DNA of 63,947 nt, taken from positions 104,225,760 through 104,289,706 of the forward strand of contig NC_068981.1 of assembly GCF_001194135.2 (NCBI RefSeq). Direction: 5' to 3'. Under the pieces are notes generated by a model that saw only the letters and a program-made list of their open reading frames with translations, ran no database searches and was not told the DNA's origin. Both the position numbers and the translations under genes were made by a program. Source of the DNA: Octopus bimaculoides (taxonomy: Eukaryota). Numbering within the stretch: the stretch's first letter is position 1; every line of letters begins with the position of its first letter. Positions 39,885 to 53,150 of this stretch are shown piece by piece.

Positions 39885-40679
39885 CAGCAAGCAGGCAGAA
39901 TCCTTAGCACGCTGGGCAGAATGTTTAGTTGTATTTCATCCTATCTTCACATTCTGAGTTCAAATACCACCAAGGTTGACTTTGCCTTTCATCTTTTTGA
40001 AGTCGATAAATTAAGTACTAGTGAAACACTGAGGTCGATGTAATTGACTAGTAATTGACTCTCCCTTGAGAGTAATTGACTCTCCCTTGAATTTTCAGGC
40101 CTTGTGCCTATAATAGAAAGGATTATTTGTAGTTTTATCTGCTTCAAGATCCACCATTCTAAAAAAAGAATTATTTCATATATATTTTTGTGGTGTCTGC
40201 TTTGAATGAACCATTTCTTCCAAAACAGGAATTACCAAACTAATTTTCTCCTTTTCAGTTGATAGCCTTGGAACCAGATAAAGTTTTGTTGTTTGTCACA
40301 ATCAGCTTTATTCAGTTTGAAGAACTATTCATAGAGGTGTTTCATTTCATATGGTGTATTCCTGTTGTTTTTTTTTTGGTTTACTTCCTTCTTATTTTCT
40401 GGTTTGTAAGTGTATTTAATGTTAAGTGTCATGTTTTGTGAGTAGTGTATGATTAGAGTACACATTCTGCTAAATATTTCTAAGCTTCTGTGTGTATTAA
40501 ATACAGCTTTTTAGTTGAGTAACATTTTTATAACTGTCTTGTTTTCTTCTGGGAGTAAATATCCAGTCCACCTGTTGAGGCTTTATAGAGCATCTCCAGT
40601 TACACAAGACTTTTTTACTGTATTCTGTCTACCAAACATTAATGTGCTATGTGCTAGCTTTTGATTAAAGTTATTTCAT

Positions 40680-40985
40680 CACCATCATCATCATCATCAC
40701 TTAATGTCCATTTTCCATGCTGGCATGAATTAGATGGTTTGACCAGAGCTGATAAGTCAGAGAGCTGCACCAGGCTCCTGTCCCCTGTTTTGGCTTGGTT
40801 TCTATGGCTGGATGTCCTTCCTACAATTTCCCTTTGTCTGACATGTCTTCTCAAGCACAACAAATTGCCAGAAGTCTTAGTCACTTGTCATCACTTCCAT
40901 AAGACTCAACAACCAAAGATTATATTTCACCACCTCGTCCCACATCTTCTTGGGTCTACCTCTTCCACATTTTCCCTCCACAATT
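40680..40985 (-). mobile_element. RTE-X C-terminus joined to the (GAT)n-tailed family-D 3' sequence
   Basis: Minus frame LIVEGKCGRGRPKKMWDEVV..MEVMTSD*DFWQFVVLEK, followed by the family-D tail. This links family D to this LINE. Confidence 0.75.
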
Positions 40986-41460
40986 AGAATTTCAATTTGA
41001 ATTTCATTAACAGTTTTTGTTTAACTCCAGATGAACCATGATTGAACAGACCTACAAACAAATACATTCTCACCATGACTATCTCATATTTATAACAATG
41101 TGCTCTTCTTTCTTTTTCAAAATAATGTTATTTATGGGAAATTTGGTTGCTATTTCTAGCTGGTTAGACAACCTCATGTAAGCTAGTTTTCTTATTTTTT
41201 TCATCTTTCACCTTTTACTTGTTTCAATCATTGGACTGCAGCCATACTGGGGCACCACCGTGAAGGGGTTAGTCAAACAAATCAACCCTAGTGTTTATTT
41301 TTGTTAAGCCCAATACTTATTGGAATGTAAACAAACCAACACAAGTTGTCAAGCAGTGCTGAGGGACAAACACACACACACATACAGATATATGCATACA
41401 TACATATATAAGGGAAAAATGCAAAAGTAAAACATGTAACATCACTTGAAAAGAACATTT

Positions 41461-42638
41461 CACGCATGCACATTGTTTGTTTTTGATTTTGTCAACTACA
41501 CAATATACTAGGGTCAGTTGGGCACTGTCTGAGAAAAACAGCACCATGACACAATTCGCTCTGCCAGAGATTTGGAAACAACATGCTGTACTGCTTGGCA
41601 TTCGCGCCGGAAGCTCTAATATGAACATTTCAGAGTGTTTGGGTGTCAGTCTGAGGACATGTACTGAGAGTGATAAAAATCAAACATCCAGTCAACATCA
41701 TAATGTTTGGATTGATCACTGGTGATAGTGACGTTATGCCACCATTTGTCTTCCCACATGGCCTCAGAATCAACACAGAAGCCTACATCAAGTGCCTGGA
41801 GAAGGTAGTGCTGTCCTGGGTCAAGAGGGTGACTGCTGGAAGACCCTATGTCTGGCAACAGGACTCTGCACCATGCCACACAAGCAAGAGATCCCAGTCA
41901 TGCCTGTCAGATAATTTCTGTGACCACATCTCTCCTAACATCTGGCCACCTAACTCCCCAGACTGCAACCCTCTTGATTATCATGTGTAGGGTGCATCAA
42001 AAATGAACTGAACGTAAGGATTATTGTAGCAGTCACCAACTTAGACAAGGAGACCATGCAAAAGAGTTGCAGGAGATTCCAAAGTCGTCTGGAGGCTGTG
42101 GTCGAAGCGAATTGTGATTTTATTGAATAAACTTACTTTTTAGTATTTCAAGATATTTTTATGTAATTTTGGTAAATATATCAGGCACAGGAGTGGCTGT
42201 GTGGTAACTAACTTGCTTACCAACCACATGGTTTCGGGTTCAGTCCCATTGCGTGGCATCTTGAGCAAACGTCTTCTACTATGACCTTGGGCTGACCAAA
42301 GTCTTGTGAGTGGATTTGGTAGATGGAAACTGAAAGAAGCCTATCATATATATATATGTTTGTGTGTCCATGTTTGTCCCCACACCATTGCTTGAGAACC
42401 GATGTTGGTGTGCTTATGTCCCCATAACTTAGCGGTTCAGCAAAAGAGACCAGTAGGCTTACAAGGAATTAGCCCTGGGGTTGATTTGTTCAACTAAAGG
42501 CGGTGCTCCAGCATGGCTGCAGTCAAATGACAAACAAATAAAAGAATAAAAGAATAAAGAATACCTGTTAAAAGGATATGTCATTGTTATTTTCATTTTT
42601 GCATAATTTAGATGACCATTTAGTCACCACAACCCATA
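41461..42638 (+). mobile_element. DD37D (maT-like) deletion derivative, copy 2, interrupted by SINE-A
   Basis: ORF 41670-41990 has QQD-x37-D (QQDSAPCHTSKRSQSCLSDNFCDHISPNIWPPNSPDCNPLD). Homologous to 50730-51549. A SINE-A occupies 42183-42560 and the element's 3' end resumes at about 42561. Confidence 0.88.
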
Positions 42639-42739
42639 NNNNNNNNNNNNNNNNNNNNNNNNNNNNNNNNNNNNNNNNNNNNNNNNNNNNNNNNNNNNNN
42701 NNNNNNNNNNNNNNNNNNNNNNNNNNNNNNNNNNNNNNN

Positions 42740-42780
<41 letters not shown>

Positions 42781-43189
42781 TTGCATGAAGTTAAATATAT
42801 GTCCATTCATAGAATGACCAATGGTTTTGTATCCATAAAGCACTTAGCTTTAGAGATGAAGCATCAGACTCCAGCAGCCATGGGCATATAACCTCTCTCC
42901 AAACTTATATTTATCTGTCCATCTATCTATCTATCTGTAAATAGATAGATAGATAGATATGCTTCTTTCAGTTTTCATCTACCAAATCCACTCACAATGT
43001 TTTGGTTGGCCTGGAGCTAAAGTAGAAGATATTTACCCAAGGTGCGACACAGTAAGATTGAACCCAGCACCATGTGGTCAAGGAGCAATCTTCTTACCAC
43101 ACAGCTACATTTTCTGTACATTTCTTGAATATCATACGCTTCTAGTTTATTTCACTGAATATATATCTTACTGCTATAATAGCTAAGTT

Positions 43190-43790
43190 GCTTATTTCTC
43201 CCATCTTGTGATTTAAATTCACTATTTAGGATTGTTTCAAACCTAGGCCATCAGATGTATTCCTTTCACAGTATCTATTTCACTCTGAAATGCTACATAT
43301 TCCCTCATCATTGATTCACCGATATTAATACCTCTTCTTTTTCCTGATAATTAATTATATTGCTTGGTTGATTTCATTATCTGTATTTATTGACTTGGTC
43401 AGTGTTCCTCAACTAATGCTAGCCTTGACATGTTTATCAATTCCAAACTCCATATTAATGTCAGAGCTATAAAGTATTATGTCTACTGTAAGGTGAAATA
43501 TTTCCCAGCTATTTATTATTAGATCTGAATTGGAGTTTGATGCTGTCCATATAGAGTAAGTGGCAGCTCTTGGCCTCATCAACTCTGTAACTATTTCTTG
43601 TAGAATTTGTCACTGTACTTAATAGAAGAAAAGCAAGAGGGAACAGGATTGGTAAGAGTGAATCTCTCCAGAATATTCTATTTTCGATGTTAATGGTGTC
43701 AGTTTTTAGACTTTCATCTTTGTGACATACTATTATTTTGAATGTCCATTTAGGCATACTAGTTTTATGAAACCTATAATTACTTATGAT
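43190..43790 (-). mobile_element. R4/Dong-like non-LTR RT fragment
   Basis: Minus ORF 43509-43757 RIFWRDSLLPILFPLAF..CHLLYMDSIKL matches the R4-type GIFQGDSLSPLLF..SHLLYMDDIKL, followed by SDINMEFGIDK (consensus DIGMEFGLDK). Confidence 0.75.
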
Positions 43791-44327
43791 AATTTTTATA
43801 ATTTATTTTACATTCAAAGGTCTGTAAATGATACACAATCATTATAGGTTATTTTGTTTTTTATTAGTAATCTGTTCAATCAGTATATAGGGGTTTTTTT
43901 TCNNNNNNNNNNNNNNNNNNNNNNNNNNNNNNNNNNNNNNNNNNNNNNNNNNNNNNNNNNNNNNNNNNNNNNNNNNNNNNNNNNNNNNNNNNNNNNNNNN
44001 NNNNNNNNNNNNNNNNNNNNNNNNNNNNNNNNNNNNNNNNNNNNNNNNNNNNNNNNNNNNNNNNNNNNNNNNNNNNNNNNNNNNNNNNNNNNNNNNNNNN
44101 NNNNNNNNNNNNNNNNNNNNNNNNNNNNNNNNNNNTATTTTGTTTTTTATTAGTAATCTGTTCAATCAGTATATAGGGGTTTTTTTTCTATTTTATTTAT
44201 TTATTAGTGTGTTACCTGTTAGGTGACAAATAGTATTGCTGCTGTGGTTAATATCTGGTAATCCTACATCAATACAATAATTATAATTTCACCATTTTTC
44301 TCATTCCAATACCATCTAATTATCAAA

Positions 44328-44657
44328 CATGGCTCAGTGATTAGAGCATTGGGCTCACAATCATGAAGTAGTGAGTTCAATTCCTGGACCTGGCTGTGTG
44401 TTGTGCTCTTGAGCAAGATACTTTATTTCACATTACTCTTGTTCACTCAGCTGTAGAAATGAGTTGCTACATCACTGGTGCCATGCTGTATCAACCTTGC
44501 CTTTCCCTTGGATAACATCACTGGCATGGAGAGAGGAGGCTGGTAGGCATGGGCAACTGCTGATCTTCCATAAACAACTTTGCCTGGATTTGTACCTTGG
44601 AGGGGAACTTTCTAGGTGCAATCTCATGGTCATTCATGACTGATGAGGGTCTTTACC
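44328..44657 (+). mobile_element. SINE family C, copy 2
   Basis: Colinear with 1309-1640 by eye. Confidence 0.85.
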
Positions 44658-44659
44658 TT

Positions 44660-46000
44660 AACTACATATATAATATTATCTGTTGTTACCCACAAGGGCA
44701 AAATGATATTCCCAAACATTACCCCTCATATGGCAGGTAACATTCTAGTTTGTATATTATAACCAAGGGTAATAAGTCTAATATGCTCAGAATTATTTCC
44801 CATTTGGCAGAGAGATGGCGACATTGCCATAGCTGGTCTTTACAGCTATATAACCATCCTCTTCCAGTACAAGTTTATTTGTATCTTGGTGTTCATATAT
44901 CTTTTTATTGTCTATGTCAGGATCACGTCAAAGATAAGAATGTATATGATTGACCTATAATTGTGTGGAAAGGAGCCACACCTGTTTTCCAGACCATTTC
45001 CAAATGCTAGCTGTTATATTTGTGACAAATGTCTTATTAAAAGATTAAGGTAGAATCTATTTCTTGTAGAATTTGTCACTGTATTTAATAGAAGAAAAGC
45101 AAGAGGGAACAGGATTGGTAAGAGTGAATCTCTCCAGAATATTCTATTTTCAATGTTAATGGTGTCAGTTTTTAGACTTTCATCTTTGTGACATACTGTT
45201 ATTTTGTATGTCCATTTAGGCATGCTAGTTTTATGAAACCTATAATTACCATGTTAGACATAGGCATTTCTTCTGGCCTTTTATTTGCTGAGTTCAAATA
45301 CCACTAAGATCAATTTTGTCTTTTACAGGGAAATAAAATAAGTACCACTCAAGTGTTATCAACTAAACCCTCTCCCTAAAATTGCTGGCCTTGTTCTAAA
45401 ATTTGAAATAATTCTTAATGAAACATTTGACCAGGTTTATTTAAGTCATGTAGATCCAGAAAGTTTAGGCTGTATCTCACATTTTATGGGGTTTTTAATT
45501 GCCTTCTTTCTTTCAGTTTCTAATATATTTTCTACTGTAATATTTGCTCATGCCTAAGCAACTACAAGGTTCACTTGTTCTGTTGTTCTATGGATTATTC
45601 CATTTGTTTTATGAAGTATTTCTATTCCTGATAGTTTTCTTCAAAGTTTCTGTGTTTCTTTATCTGGAGAATTCTCTGTTACTACAGTTCTCTTGTGTAA
45701 TTCTCTGTAAAGGTTTTGCTTATCTTCTCAGAACATTTTAGTTTGTTTGAATTATTTGATTCTATTTTCAGGCCTGTGTATTCTTAAATATTTGCCTTTT
45801 TTCACCTGTTGAACTAATCTTTCTTTTGTTTCTCTGAATTCTTGTTTGTCCTTAATTGTAAGTCTTCTGTATAGCTTTGCTTTTTTTTTTCTTTTGTCTA
45901 TATTTTTGCATATTTGTCTTAGATAACACTTACTATTGTTACATAGTTTCTCTTTTGGCCAATTTTTCCATTGAAACTTTTGTTTGCATGCTGGTTCAGT
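44660..46000 (-). mobile_element. Further R4/Dong-like fragments: duplicated RT piece and pre-RT region
   Basis: 45057-45249 duplicates 43591-43783. Near 45560-45780 the minus strand reads KQTKMF*EDKQNLYRELHK..SPDKE, resembling the R4 pre-RT QNKMF..FYREL..P.KE segment. 44660-45050 is assigned only tentatively. Confidence 0.55.
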
Positions 46001-46799
46001 TGAATTCTTTTATTCTTTTATTTGTTTCAGTCATTTGACTGCAGTCATGCTGGAGCACTGCCTTAAAGGGTTTTTCAGTCAAAGAAATCAACTCTAGGAT
46101 TTATTCTTTGTAAGCCTACTACTTATTCTATCATTCCCTTTTGCCAAATTGCTAAGTTACAGGGATGTAAGCACACCATCACTTGTCAAGCTATTGTGGG
46201 GGGATAAACACACACACACACACACACACATACACACACACATATATATCGAGTGAGGTCATTGCCAGTGCCGCTGGACTGGCTCCTGTGCAGGTGGCAC
46301 ATAAAAAACACCATTTGAGCATGGTCGTTGCCAGTACCACCTGACTGGCCCTCATGCCAGTGGCATGTAAAAGCACCCTCTACACTCTCAGAGTGGTTGG
46401 CGTTAGGAAGGGCATCCAGCTGTAGAAATTCTGCCAGATCAGATTGGAGCCTGGTGCAGCCATCTGGTTCGCCAGTCCTCAGTCAAATCGTCCTACCCAT
46501 GCCAGCATGGAAAGTGGACGTTAAACAATGATGGTGATGATGATGATACACATACACACACACAACAGGCTTCTTTCAGTTTCTGTCTACCAAATCCACT
46601 CACAAAGCAGCCTTGGTTGGCCCGAGTGTCTTGGTACAAGACACTCACCCAAGGTGGCACACCTGGGGACTGAACCTGAAACCATGTGGTTGAAAAGCAA
46701 GCTTCTTACCACACAGCCCAGAGATTTTTCTTTCAACACCAACTGTTTTTGTCACTACACTCTGCAGCCGTACATTTGTTAGTTTATATTTGATACATC

Positions 46800-47310
46800 G
46801 ATAGTATGACAATCTTCCAGAGTACTAAGAAATAATTACCATGCATATGAAATAAACTACCTTGCACTACAGACTACCCATATACATGAATGTCCAACTA
46901 AAGCCATCAACATCACTACAAATGCTCGTTTTTCATGGCAACATCCATATATATTATAAGATTGGCTAAACTACATCACAAACACAACTTTTCCTATTCT
47001 AGTCCGGAAAATGCTTAACTCTCTACAAAATCAACTATAAACAATGAATGACTCCTGAGATATTTGAAACAGTGCAGCTGCTACACATGAAAACATCTTA
47101 GAGCTCATCCAAACAAATATCACTCAACAGATTGGGAATAAATCAGCCACTGACACAGTTTAATCACTGGCTCACAGCTGTGCTGATTCATCTTTCTGCT
47201 CCTTTTACTAATATTACAATGGCCACTGCTCCTTTGAACTGGCTAACTGCATATTAGCAACTACTGAGCTCATCTGATTTACTAGTCTCTTCTGACAAAT
47301 TAAAGGCTTG
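46800..47310 (+). mobile_element. CR1/L2-group LINE 3' fragment, decayed
   Basis: DI*NSAAATHENILELIQ..SLAHSCADSSFCSFY*YYNGHCSFELAN resembles the HIW..A...L..IQ / LAHRR..SL..FYRYYNG.CS.ELA C-terminus of CR1/L2-group elements. Confidence 0.6.
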
Positions 47311-48679
47311 CCTGATAATGATAAAGGCCTCTATTTGCCAGCGTTTGGGGATATGCTACTAACTTAAGGGCTGTCTATTATAATTTCCAAGTGATTGTAT
47401 TTATTTGCATATGTTGGCATTGAAATATTGTTCTTTATTCTTACTTGACTCTGATAGGTTTAATGCTGTTTTTTGTTTCTCTTACTATGTTTATGTGATG
47501 TCGATGGATTGCTGTATAGTTATGTTCTGTTATTGCGACTATTGTTGGGTTATACAGAATTATTGTGTTGTATTTTTGCTTTTTTAGTAGCTCTGTGCTC
47601 TGTTTTTCCTCTTCATCAAAGATTACTTGGTTGTTGTTGATGTTGATATTGTTGTTGTTGTTTACATAATATCACTTCTAATGTTTGACAAGTTATATGC
47701 TATTTATTTGTGGATGACTATTGGGATTTTTTTCTTGCCTGATTTGGTCAAGCAACTCTGTGATGTTGCTCAAGGAGTTTTAATTTGTCAATGAAGAAAG
47801 CTTTGATAACCTCTACCTCCTCAGCTCTGCTCCATTTCTAGCTATATCATAAACATTTGTTTTCTTAGATGTTTTGACTTTGCAGCTCACCATCAGTTTC
47901 TACCTCATGTTTCTCTGTTTGTTAAGTTTCCTCACTGGGTTGATTTTGCGTGTATTTTTGGTTCTGTAGTTCTTGGGAATCATGTTGCTATCAAAACTTG
48001 GTACAGCGATAGGTCAAAAAAATATATATTGATTTAATTATGTCTAGTTATCTTTGAAATGTTCAAAAACTTTCAAAGCTGACTAGTCACTATTTTTCTC
48101 ATATGAAGAAGAAGACAGCATGATAGCCATAACTCAATGACTGAACATAGAATAAACAAACAATAAATTGTAATAAAATTGTGCCTTTGGCTATCAGTAC
48201 CAATATCAATCACAATCTTTCAAAGATTAATTTTGATTAAATAAAAAAAATTACATAAGTGCTGTTTCCTTTTCAGTAGCACATAGCTAGGCTGTAGTAA
48301 GTAGGTGTTTCATTTTATATTAACCATTCATGTGTTTCTAGTTAAGTTAGTGCTATATCTTTAATGTCAGGAACATCGAAAAGCTAACTATGAGGTAACT
48401 TGGAAAATATGAGGTTAAGTAAAAGCAATAGTTGTCAACGACTATTATTTTCAGTTCCTTCAGCATGTCAGGTAGATAATTCTAGACGTGTTTCAGTCTC
48501 AATAAACCTCTTCATGTTTATTATGGGTGGTGGGTTGACAGAATTGTTATCTTTGCCTTTCATGCCTCTACAATCAATAAAACAAGTACCAGTTAGTTGC
48601 TGGAGTCAATATAATTAACTAGCCTTGTGCTGGTCAGTCAGTTGCATTAATTATAACTGCTAACCATGTGCTTAAATTA

Positions 48680-49345
48680 TTATTTAAGCTAGCAGAATCA
48701 TTAGCACACTGGGCTTAACAGTATTTGCTTAACAGTATTTCAGCTGTCTTTACATTCCAAGTTCAAATGTTGCTGAGGCTGACTTTGCCTTTCACCTTTT
48801 CAGGGTCAATAGAATAAGTTGAGCACTGGAATCTATGTAATCAACTTACCACCTCCCCTAAAATTGCTGGAGTGCCAAAAATTTAAAACCATTGTTGTTG
48901 TTATTATTATTATTTAGAGTGGCAAGCTGGCAGAATCATTAGCACACTTGGCAAAATGCTAGCGGTATTTTGTCTGTCTTTATGTTGAGTCCAAATTCTG
49001 AGGTAGATTTTGCCTTTCATCCTTTCGGGGTTGAACACTGGGGTCGATGTAATCGATGCATCCCCTCCCCTCAAAATTGCTGCCCTTGTGGAAAAATTTG
49101 AAACCATTATTATTATTATTAAGAAGGTGTTGAGTTGTCAGAATCTTTACTGTACTGGGAAAAAAATGCTTAGCAGCACCACCACCAACTTTACATTCTG
49201 GGTTCAGATTTCTCCAAGGTCAACTTTGCTTTTTGTCCTTTTGGGGTTGATGAAATAAGTACCTATTGAGTACTGGGGTTGATATAATCAACTACCTCCT
49301 CCCTCAAAATTTCAGGCCTTGTGCCTATAGAAAGGATTATTATTA
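48680..49345 (+). mobile_element. SINE family B tandem array (3 copies)
   Basis: Three successive B units separated by (ATT/GTT)n runs. Confidence 0.85.
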
Positions 49346-50646
49346 TTAGCATAACTACCCTATGTGAAATGTGTACAATTTATGCTATTTTCTGGAATTT
49401 GTGTGTAACTTCTGCTATTTTTGTTATATACTTACCAATGTACTCATCATCAGGGGGATTATCTATGTCCATCCTCTCCATCAGGTGCATCTGTGTGTGT
49501 GTCTTGTTTCAGTCATTAGACTGCAGCCATGTCCCAACTAGCTTGAAAAATTCTTGTCAAATGAATCGACACACTTACTTACTATTTTTTAAGCCTGGTA
49601 CTAATTCTATCAGTTGCTTTTGTTGAACTGCCTAGTTACAGGGATATTAACTCACCAATTCCAGTTGTCAAGCAGTGTGTAGGGGGACAAACAGACACAA
49701 ACACATGCATACACACACATGTATATACATATGCAACAAGCTTCTTTCAGTTTCCATCTACCAAATCTACACACAAGGCTTTGGTCAGCCCAAGGCTATA
49801 GTGGAAGTACTGCCCTTGTGGCAAGCTATGTGAATAATAGTGGAAGACACTTGCCTAAGGTCTCACAAAGTGGGACTGAACCTGGAACCATATGGTTAGG
49901 AAGCAAACTTCTTATGACACAGCCATACCTGATTTTTTCCTGTTGTTTCTTTGAGCAAAGTCTCAAACTCTCCATGGCCACTAAGGTTAGTTAGTTCTTC
50001 TACAACTATTTTTACTACCTTACAATGACACTTCCTCCGCTGATCCCCCCTCCAACACTATCACTTCCAAATACAAAAGAATAACGCATGCCAAGTTGAC
50101 AATAATTTTTGTAGTGGCTGGTGGGCATGGAAGTGAGAAAAACTTATTGTTCCTCTAATGGGTAAGTTTACTTGTATATGACTTTTGTTCACATCTTACC
50201 CCTAGATACTCACAAAGCCATCCATACCCAACTAAAGTTCTGCCAGGAAATATTTGTTGCTGATAAAACTGCCAATACCTGTTATGACACGCAGGAAATA
50301 AATTTATTAACATTTTATTCATTTATTTACTTAATTAAGCACCCAGCTTCCTGCACCCCCAACACATAGTCAAAGTAGAGTATATTGCTCTGATCATTTC
50401 AGTTTTATTAGTTTGTAACAATCACCATTCTTCTGCTAGCTGTGAATCAAGTGCAAGGAAGTTAGGACATCAAACTTCAAAAATGAAGTCTGCCAAAATT
50501 TGTACAAATATGTGAATCCATTTTAAGACTGGAACACACGCAAAGGTGAGGTATATTCATTCAACTAAAATTTCTTCAAGGCTGTGCCCCAGCATTTGAC
50601 ATAGTCTAATGACTGAAACAAGTAAAAGATAAAAGATATGTATATG

Positions 50647-50678
<32 letters not shown>

Positions 50679-50680
50679 TA

Positions 50681-51549
50681 CTGGGTGCGATGGGTAAATT
50701 GTTGCAATTTTTAATTTTTAATTTTGCGCATGCACATTGTTTGCTTTTGATTTTGTCAACTACACAATATACTAGGGTCAATTGGGCACCATCTGTTGAA
50801 AAACAGTACCATGATGCAATACACTCTGCCAGAAATTTGGAAACAACATGCTGTACTGCTTGGCATTCGTGCTAGAAGCTCTAATATGAACATTTCAGAG
50901 TGTTTGGGTGTCAATCTGAAGGCATGTACCAAGAGTGATAAAAATTAAACATCCAATCAACATCATGGTGTTTGAAGTGACCACTAGTGATGGCGACGTT
51001 ATGCTTCCATTCATCTTCCCACACAGCCTCAAACTTAACATAGAGGCCTACATCAAGTACCTTGAGGAGGTAGTGTTGCCCTGGGTCAAGAGGGTGGCTG
51101 CTGGAAGACTCTACGTCTGGCAACAGGACTCTGCACCATGCCACACAACTAGAATGCAGTCATGGTTGTCGGACAATTTCTGTGACCATATCACCCCTTG
51201 CATCTGGTCACCTAACTCCCCAGACTGCAACCCCCTTGATTATTATGTGTAGGACACAGTTGAACGAGAGACCAACAAAACTTCTTGTAACATCAAAGAT
51301 GAACTGAAGGCAAGGATTATGGCAGCATTCACCAACTTAAACAAGGAGACTGTCCAGAAGAGTTGCAGGAAATTGCGAAGTCATCTGGAGGCCATGGCTG
51401 AAGTCAATTGCAATTTTATTGAATAAATATACTCTTCAATATTTCAAGATATTTTTATGTAATTTTGGTAAATATATCTGTTAAAATGAGATGTCAGTAT
51501 TATCTTCATTTTCATGCAATTTAAGCAACAATTTATTCACCACACCCTA
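50681..51549 (+). mobile_element. DD37D (maT-like) Tc1/mariner deletion derivative with TIRs
   Basis: Imperfect TIRs CTGGGTGCGATGGGTAAATTGTTGC and GCAACAATTTATTCACCACACCCTA, TA-flanked. ORF 50935-51252 contains VWQQDSAPCH..WSPNSPDCNPLDY (36 residues between the Ds here, 37 in the other copy). Confidence 0.88.
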
Positions 51550-51959
51550 TATATAGGCACAGATGTGACTGTGTGGTAACTACATGGTTCCAAGTTCAGT
51601 CCCGCTATGTGGCACCTTGGGCAAGTTTCTTCTACTGTAGCCTCCAACTGACCAAAGCCTTGTGAGTGAATTTACTAGATGGAACCTCAAAGAGGCTCAT
51701 CGTGTATATGTGTGTGTTCTTTGTGTCTGTATTTGTCTCCCCACCACCTCTTGACAATCAGTGTTGGTGTGTTTGTATTCCCATAACTTAAAGATTTGGC
51801 AAAATGAGACTGATAGAATAAGTACCTGGCTTTAAAAGATAAGTACTGAGGTCAATTCATTCGGCTAAAAATTCAAGGCAGTGCTCCAGCATGGCTGCAG
51901 TCTAATGACTGAAACAAGTAAAAGAATAAAAGAATACAACATCATACATACACACATAT

Positions 51960-53100
51960 AGATTGTGCAACATTATTGCAAAAGTGGGTTTAACTTTTCA
52001 CTGCTTGACATAAGTCATTTAAAACTGTACACATTGGCAGAGTAACTATTCATCTGTACAGAGGTACTACAATTCAGTATTGTCTCCATCACAAGTAATG
52101 CATTTGCACCATCTTTAACCGCAACTGTTGAATGAAAAAATTCAGGTGTGCACTGTTATACCAACTTCTTCACTGCCACTTTCATCTCATCTGTATCTTA
52201 AAATTATTGTCCTCAAAGATTGTCCTTTATTGTACTGAACAGGTGGAAGTTTAAGGGCACCAGATCCCAACTATGCAATGAATGGGGGACCATAGACCAT
52301 CTGAATTTGCCAATTGCCTGATTTGTCATCAAAGATGTGCATGGTTATGCATTGTCTTGATGAATGTGGATTGTTTACAGATTCTTGTTTTGTCTCTTTA
52401 CCTTAAAGGCCACTTTAAGCTTTTTAAGCATGTCATGGTACTGCATGCTGTTTACAGGACTACCATGTTCTAGAAGGTAAAAAGAAATTATGCTTTGTCA
52501 TCCCAAAAAAGGTCACCATGACTTTCTGTGTTGATTACTGGCTCTTTATTGGGCTTTTATTAAGAGGAGCAATACCTTTCCATGCACTAAGGCCATTGTT
52601 TGAATCAGAAAGATATGGCTTCATTTCAAACCCTGTCACCAGATCAGAAATAAACATATCTTCTTTGGCAGCAAACACTTCCAGCAAATCAGATCCGATC
52701 AGATCAGATCCTGCAGATCCACCCTTCTCTCCGTTAAATCCGGTGTCAGCTGTCAAGATACCCACATTGCACACACTTTCCAATACCAAAGTCTTTCGTC
52801 ATCCTTTTTAATGCATTGTGACCACAATCCAGTTGTGCAGCAAACCCATGTATTGTGACTCGTCTGTCTGCATCACTCAGTTCATCCATTCACTGAAGAT
52901 TCATGTCAGTGGCTGAAGTTGATGGTCTCCCACTGCATGGTTTGTCTTCAATGCTGGTTATCCCTCCTTTAAACTTCATCTATCTGAGCGCATTGCTCTT
53001 GTTAATGGTGTTTATCTCCAGAAACAACCTGTTCTTGTTCTCCTCCTTTGTCAAAAACTCGATGACAGCACACTTCTTGTGCTTAGAGACTATTATTTGC
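51960..53100 (-). mobile_element. Decayed mariner transposase remnant
   Basis: Minus-strand translation across frameshifts: CAVIEFLTKE, FKGGITSIEDKPCSGRPST, LVTG, QKVMVTFFG, IHQDNA, WDLVPLNFHLFSTIKDNL. These are degenerate versions of the HTH, DE, HDNARPH and SPDLAPSDFHLF motifs. Confidence 0.85.
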
Positions 53101-53150
53101 CTGCAGAAAGAAAAGCAGGAAGAGATACAATAAAGAAACAGTTAGTTTAT
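53101..53150 (-). other. Strong candidate 3' splice site (minus strand)
   Basis: Minus strand CTAAC (53145-53141), pyrimidine tract TGTTTCTTTATTGTATCTCTTCCTGCTTTTCTTTCTG, then CAG|G at 53101/53100. Confidence 0.5.

Noticed and set aside
43850-44188. Exact 53-bp direct repeat on both sides of a gap
   Set aside because: Identical sequence abutting both gap edges is most likely an unmerged contig overlap.
52535-52789. 84-aa ORF that looks like a host exon
   Set aside because: It lies inside the decayed mariner transposase, flanked by mariner motifs on both sides.
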